The translations under genes and the position numbers were made by a program. A model generated the notes under the pieces. That model made no database searches and was not told the origin of the DNA. It worked only from the letters and a program-made list of their open reading frames with translations. From positions 563,581 through 595,580 of the forward strand of contig NC_000909.1 of the NCBI RefSeq assembly GCF_000091665.1: a stretch of DNA of 32,000 nucleotides, written 5' to 3'. Positions within the stretch are counted from its first letter, which is position 1. The number at the start of each line of letters is the position of its first letter. This DNA is from Methanocaldococcus jannaschii DSM 2661 (GTDB lineage Archaea > AGJL01 > Methanococci > Methanococcales > Methanocaldococcaceae). Below, in pieces: positions 27,780 through 32,000 of the stretch.

Positions 27780-27817
27780 TTGTTAAATCAATCCACACAT
27801 CCAAGTTAATCACCCAT
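27780..27817. repeat. Direct repeat copy 2 (38 bp), immediately downstream of moeA
   Basis: TTGTTAAATCAATCCACACATCCAAGTTAATCACCCAT. It is offset exactly 192 nt (64 codons) from copy 1. Confidence 0.95.
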
Positions 27818-27833
27818 CAATAATTATAAATAA

Positions 27834-29030
27834 TCATTTTAGCAAATACACATCTACAAGCTCTCCTTTTTCATAACCTTCAACATTTTCTGGAATTAAG
27901 ATATAGCCGTCACTTTTTATTAACGAGGAAATAACTCCACTTCCAGTAATTCTTATAGGTTCTACTTCTATATCCACCTTAACTCTAACAAAATCAACTC
28001 TACCAAGCTCAGAGGCCATATTTCTTTTTAAAGGTAAGGTAACTTTCTTCCTTTCTATAAAAAATCTTTGAATAAATAACTCAAATTGAACAGCTGAAGC
28101 TACAGGATAGCCAGACAGCATGAAGACTGGTTTATCATTAATTATTCCAAATCCAAATGGTTTTCCAGGTCTTATATTTACACCATGAACTATAACATCT
28201 CCCAATTCTCTGACAGTCTCAACAGTTATATCTCTCTCACTCACAGAAGTTCCTCCAGTTATTAATAAAGCGTCATTTTCACTCAAAGCTGTTTTAATAG
28301 CTTTCTTTAGTTTTTCTTTATCATCTTTAACAATATCATAAATTTTTGCATTAAACCCAAGATTTTTTACTAAACCATATAACATATATGAATTGGAATT
28401 TATAATTTTCCCATCTAATTTACTAATATCTTCCTCAATATCCCTAATTTCATCCAAATTGATGAGCTCATCTCCCGTAGATATTATACCAAAACTTAAA
28501 TCATAAACCTTAATTTTTTTAATTCCTAAAGATGCGAGCATATTTAGATGATAAGGATTAATAATCTCCCCCTTTTTCAAAACTACATCTCCCTTTTTAA
28601 CATCCTCCCCAATCCTTGAGACATTTTCGTTTGGATGAACAGTTTTATAAACTTCAACAAAATCATCAACTTCATTGCAAAACTCTTTCATAACAACAGC
28701 ATTGGCATTTTTTGGTAGTTTATCTCCAGTGAATATTTTTTTAGCTTCTCCATAAGTTATTTCATCTCCATCAGCAAGATTTAGTATTATTGGGTTTGTT
28801 TCAGAAGCTCCAAAAGTATCTTCCGCTATAACAGCATAACCATCCATCGCAGCCTTATTAAAATAAGGTAAATCAATTGGAGCTTTAATATCTTCAGCAG
28901 ATATCCTGTTTAAAGCTTCAACAATATCAACTTCTTTAACTTTTTTATTCTCATCCAAATACTCTGATAATTTTTCAAAAACAATCTTTTCAGCACTTTT
29001 TAAGGGCATTAAATTTTTTATAAGCTTCAT
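27834..29030 (-). CDS. moeA: Molybdopterin molybdenumtransferase MoeA
   Basis: MDGYAV, TGDELI, LITGGTSVSERD and SGYPVASAVQFELF motifs typical of MoeA/gephyrin E domain. Confidence 0.9.
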   Translation of the reverse strand: MKLIKNLMPLKSAEKIVFEKLSEYLDENKKVKEVDIVEALNRISAEDIKAPIDLPYFNKAAMDGYAVIAEDTFGASETNPIILNLADGDEITYGEAKKIFTGDKLPKNANAVVMKEFCNEVDDFVEVYKTVHPNENVSRIGEDVKKGDVVLKKGEIINPYHLNMLASLGIKKIKVYDLSFGIISTGDELINLDEIRDIEEDISKLDGKIINSNSYMLYGLVKNLGFNAKIYDIVKDDKEKLKKAIKTALSENDALLITGGTSVSERDITVETVRELGDVIVHGVNIRPGKPFGFGIINDKPVFMLSGYPVASAVQFELFIQRFFIERKKVTLPLKRNMASELGRVDFVRVKVDIEVEPIRITGSGVISSLIKSDGYILIPENVEGYEKGELVDVYLLK

Positions 29031-29121
29031 GTTTTCACCAATGAGAAGTAATATTAAAGAAAATATATAAAGTTTAGAAAATATAAAAATTTAATAGATA
29101 AAGAAATTAGTGGTGATTTAA

Positions 29122-30633
29122 ATGCTATTTCTAAAAGTTAGAGTTTTAGATATTGACTTGGAGAATTTGGTTTTAATTAATTCTGAAGACTTAAAAAGCT
29201 CTCAGTATTTCCCTCAAGATAGAGTAGTTGTGGAGTTTAAAGGAAAAGAAGTTATTGGAATCCTACATTCTTCAACCACATTGATAAACAGAGGAGAAAT
29301 AGGGCTTCCACAAAAAGTAGTTAAAGAGTTAGGTGTTAAAGAAGGGGATATTGTTACAATAAAACATGCTGAAAAACCTAAATCTCTCCCATATATAAGA
29401 AAAAAGATGGATGGAAATAAATTAAAAAAAGAGGAAATTTTTGAAATTATAGATGAGATGGTGGATGGAAAGCTAACAAATATTGAAATATCTGCCTTTG
29501 TCACCTCATTATATATAAATGGAATGGATATGGATGAGATTGAAGCAATGACAATTAGAATGGCTGAAACTGGAGAGATGGTTAATTGGGAGGGGCATAT
29601 ATTTGACGTGCATTCAATTGGAGGAGTTCCTGGAAACAAATATGCTTTATTAGTCGTGCCAATAGTTGCCTCTGCTGGCTTAAAGATTCCAAAAACATCT
29701 TCAAGGGCAATAACTTCAGCGGCAGGAACAGCAGATGTTGTTGAAGTTTTAACAAGAGTGGATTTAACCATTGAAGAAATAAAAAGAGTTGTTAAAGAAA
29801 CAAACGGTTGTATGGTATGGGGAGGGGCTTTAGATTTAGCTCCTGCAGATGATATAACAATAAATGTTGAAAGACCTCTTGGCATAGACCCAGAGCCCTT
29901 ATTATTATCAAGTGTCATGGCAAAAAAATTAGCTATGGGTGTTAATAAGCTATTGATTGATATTCCAACAGGATATGGAGCAAAAGTTAAATCTATAAAA
30001 GAGGCATCAAGCTTAGCAAGGAAGTTTATTGAATTGAGTGATAGATTGAGGATAGTTACTGAATGTGCTATAACTTACGGAGGACAGCCAATTGGAAGAG
30101 CTATTGGTCCAGCTTTAGAAGCAAAAGAGGCATTATTGGCTTTGGAAGATTATACTCAAGCCCCTACAAGCCTTGTTGAGAAATCTATTTCATTAGCTGG
30201 AATTTTGTTAGAGATGGGAGGAGTAGCTCCTACTGGAGAAGGTAAAGAGTTAGCTGAAGATTTATTAGCAAGAGGGAAGGCACATGACAAATTTATGGAG
30301 ATTATTGTAGCTCAGGGAGGAAAAGAAGTTAGTTCAGATGAAATTGAGGTTGGAAAATATAAAGCTGATATTCACTCACCAATTGATGGGTATGTTACAA
30401 GAATATCAAATGCTGGAATTACAAAAATTGCCAAAGAAGCTGGAGCTCCAAATGATAAAAAAGCTGGTATCTATCTAAACGTAAAAGTAGGAAATAAAGT
30501 TGAAAAAGGAGATGTTTTATACACCATATACTCTGACTCTGAAGAAAGGCTAAAATCAGCTATTAAATTAGCAAGAATATTGTATCCAATCAAAGTTGAG
30601 GGCATGTTACTCCAAAAAATTTCAAGATTCTAA
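29122..30633 (+). CDS. deoA: AMP phosphorylase (archaeal thymidine phosphorylase family with N-terminal extension)
   Basis: DVHSIGGVPGNK, TSSRAITSAAGTADV and glycosyl-transferase family 3 pattern. The ~80-aa N-terminal extension is characteristic of archaeal AMPpase. GGTGAT SD. Confidence 0.85.
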   Translation: MLFLKVRVLDIDLENLVLINSEDLKSSQYFPQDRVVVEFKGKEVIGILHSSTTLINRGEIGLPQKVVKELGVKEGDIVTIKHAEKPKSLPYIRKKMDGNKLKKEEIFEIIDEMVDGKLTNIEISAFVTSLYINGMDMDEIEAMTIRMAETGEMVNWEGHIFDVHSIGGVPGNKYALLVVPIVASAGLKIPKTSSRAITSAAGTADVVEVLTRVDLTIEEIKRVVKETNGCMVWGGALDLAPADDITINVERPLGIDPEPLLLSSVMAKKLAMGVNKLLIDIPTGYGAKVKSIKEASSLARKFIELSDRLRIVTECAITYGGQPIGRAIGPALEAKEALLALEDYTQAPTSLVEKSISLAGILLEMGGVAPTGEGKELAEDLLARGKAHDKFMEIIVAQGGKEVSSDEIEVGKYKADIHSPIDGYVTRISNAGITKIAKEAGAPNDKKAGIYLNVKVGNKVEKGDVLYTIYSDSEERLKSAIKLARILYPIKVEGMLLQKISRF

Positions 30634-30729
30634 ATAGGACCTTCCCGCAGTTTATATACAATTCTGTTTGAACTTAAATACCAAAAGACATCATATTTCA
30701 ATAAAACATTTATTAAAAGTTCTATTAAT

Positions 30730-30951
30730 TTAATTTGATTCTTCATTAATTTCTTCTAATTTAGGACATGCAATTAAAATTAACTTATATAATTCTGTGT
30801 TTTTTGTAGATTCTAAGATTTTATATATTGATTTCTTATCTTTCATATGGGATTCAATAATATGCCTTATCATAAGAATTTTAATTCCAACAAATTTTGC
30901 TTTGCTATTAATAATTTTTAAATCTTCAATAATTTTTTCATCGTTTTCCAT
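30730..30951 (-). CDS. Small hypothetical protein (~73 aa)
   Basis: The ATG at 30951 is preceded by GGTGGT. The upstream extension to 30987 is hydrophobic and probably spurious. Confidence 0.5.
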
Positions 30952-31139
30952 AATAACCACCAAAAAAAACAACATATAAAACAACAATAAAATAACAATT
31001 ATATCTAATTTGTAATATTTAGTTAAAAAGTATTTATGAATTTTTTGTTCTGTATATGTGGTTATGCAAGTGCCTATGGGTGATATATTAATTTAAAATA
31101 AATAAAATAAAATTTATCAATAGCAAAAATAAAAAAGAT

Positions 31140-32000
31140 TTATCCAAATTTTAATTTCTTGATTTTCAATTTCATTGCTCTCTCTATATATCTCAGTTTT
31201 TTATATTCCCTTCTATTTATAATTGATATTGCCTTCCCTTTCTTTCCAGCTCTCCCAGTTCTTCCAATTCTATGCATATAAGATTCAGGATTTTGTGGAA
31301 GATGGTAGTTAATTACACAGTTTAAATCATTGACATCTATCCCTCTACTCATAACATCAGTGGCAATTAAAATCCTAATCTTTTTTTGTTTAAACAATCT
31401 TATAACCTTCTCCCTTTGAGATTGACTTAAATCTCCATGAATTGCTCCAGCTTTAAATCCAATATCTCTCAACATACTTGCCAATTCTTTAGTATCTCTC
31501 TTAGTTTTACAAAAAACTAATCCATAAAATTCTTTATTTTTTAAAAGTCTGCATAAAGCTTCAAATCTCTCATTTTCATTAACTTCAACATAACTCTGTT
31601 CAATATTTGCGTTTATCTTAGCTTTTATAAAGCTATAATCTCCCATATACTTTTTAGCCAAATTTAATATCTCCCTTGGCATAGTAGCAGAGAACAACAA
31701 AATCCTCTTGTCTTTATTACAGGCATTTAAAATCTTTTCAACGTCCTTAATAAAACCCATATTGAGCATTTCATCTGCCTCATCCAATATAAAATATTTA
31801 ACATTTTTTAAATTTAAAGTTCCTCTATTTATGTGGTCTAAAATTCTTCCTGGAGTTCCAACAACTATATTGGCATTTTTTAAAGCCTTAATTTGTGGAT
31901 ATATAGCTTTTCCACCATAAATTTTGGCAATCTTTAAATTTTTGTTACCTTTTAATGACTCTATCTCATCAGCCACTTGTATAGCTAATTCTCTTGTAGG
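31140..32000 (-). CDS. DEAD-box ATP-dependent RNA helicase, C-terminal ~285 aa; 5' end lies outside the window
   Basis: The frame remains open to base 32000 (PTRELAIQVADEI...). Motifs: TPGR, DEAD (ILDEADEM), SAT, and HRIGRTGRAG. Confidence 0.9.
   Translation of the reverse strand, partial: PTRELAIQVADEIESLKGNKNLKIAKIYGGKAIYPQIKALKNANIVVGTPGRILDHINRGTLNLKNVKYFILDEADEMLNMGFIKDVEKILNACNKDKRILLFSATMPREILNLAKKYMGDYSFIKAKINANIEQSYVEVNENERFEALCRLLKNKEFYGLVFCKTKRDTKELASMLRDIGFKAGAIHGDLSQSQREKVIRLFKQKKIRILIATDVMSRGIDVNDLNCVINYHLPQNPESYMHRIGRTGRAGKKGKAISIINRREYKKLRYIERAMKLKIKKLKFG

Noticed and set aside
27625-27813. 62-aa ORF (MINLDVWIDLTTIGLRPIGISRAG...) as a genuine protein-coding gene
   Set aside because: Its first 11 codons are just the duplicated start of the downstream gene. 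The rest is a Pro/Gly/Arg-rich read-through of a GC-rich hairpin-forming insert, with a composition unlike every other protein in the window. I treat it as a by-product of the duplication; its possible regulatory role is noted as a finding.
29214-29918. 234-aa ORF antisense to the AMP phosphorylase gene
   Set aside because: It lies entirely within a well-supported gene on the other strand and has a Ser/Thr/Pro/Ile-rich low-complexity composition with no SD. It is a typical shadow ORF.
31070-31090. Orphan ATGGGTGAT on the + strand, resembling the duplicated ATGGGTGATTAAC of the DUF354 locus
   Set aside because: The similarity is limited to the generic GGTGAT ribosome-binding motif. No ORF follows, and there is no extended match to the 38-bp repeat.
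3551-31920. Other short track ORFs antisense to or inside annotated genes: 3551-3784, 5842-6057, 7548-7730, 10098-10424, 10562-10804, 12024-12266, 12403-12588, 13598-13810, 13996-14196, 18650-18874, 19910-20278, 20536-20811, 21321-21698, 22167-22433, 22621-22905, 25156-25506, 30797-30979, 31708-31920
   Set aside because: Each overlaps a gene with clear family motifs on the opposite strand, or spans a promoter region. Each has a Ser/Pro/Phe/Leu-rich shadow-frame composition and lacks a GGTGA-type ribosome-binding site.
1-32000. CRISPR array, rRNA or tRNA genes, prophage or integrase genes, toxin-antitoxin pairs, defence islands
   Set aside because: No regularly spaced direct repeats and no long GC-rich rRNA/tRNA-like blocks other than the two short islands discussed. 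I recognised no integrase, Cas, restriction or TA-family motifs in any ORF. The DEAD-box helicase is a housekeeping type.

Overview
AT-rich (~30% G+C by eye), gene-dense archaeal chromosome. Protein sequences, GGTGA-type ribosome-binding sites and TTTATATA-type TATA boxes point to a hyperthermophilic methanogen. From memory, gene order and products match Methanocaldococcus jannaschii around MJ0634-MJ0669; a BLAST is needed to confirm this. The window holds about 36 protein genes on both strands, mostly housekeeping: a KamA-like radical SAM enzyme, pheA, pgk, hemB, prefoldin alpha, NADH oxidase, sppA, pyrD, an rpl34e-cmk-rpl14e cluster, moeA, AMP phosphorylase and a DEAD-box helicase. Hypothetical proteins are interspersed. 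I found no rRNA, tRNA or CRISPR array. Three non-coding segments stand out. (1) At 27588-27817, a 38-bp direct duplication (37/38 identical) of the ribosome-binding site and first 11 codons of a DUF354-like gene brackets a 154-bp insert. The insert is ~50% G+C, made of consecutive GC-clamped hairpins, and sits in what was otherwise a ~20-nt moeA/DUF354 junction. It is a candidate structured RNA or small mobile insert and is the best lead here. (2) At 20481-20563, a GC-enriched leader precedes rpl14e, with a GNRA-capped hairpin and a 10-bp helix able to sequester the Shine-Dalgarno sequence. (3) At 17407-17755, there is a frame-broken, core-deleted transposase remnant. Other notes cover perfect palindromes near the ribosomal protein genes, a large glycosylation-sequon-rich repeat surface protein, a topoisomerase-type zinc-ribbon protein, a two-frame overlap at the prefoldin 3' end, and a four-gene translationally coupled operon ending in pheA. 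All calls rest on reading the sequence and remembered family motifs. No searches were run.
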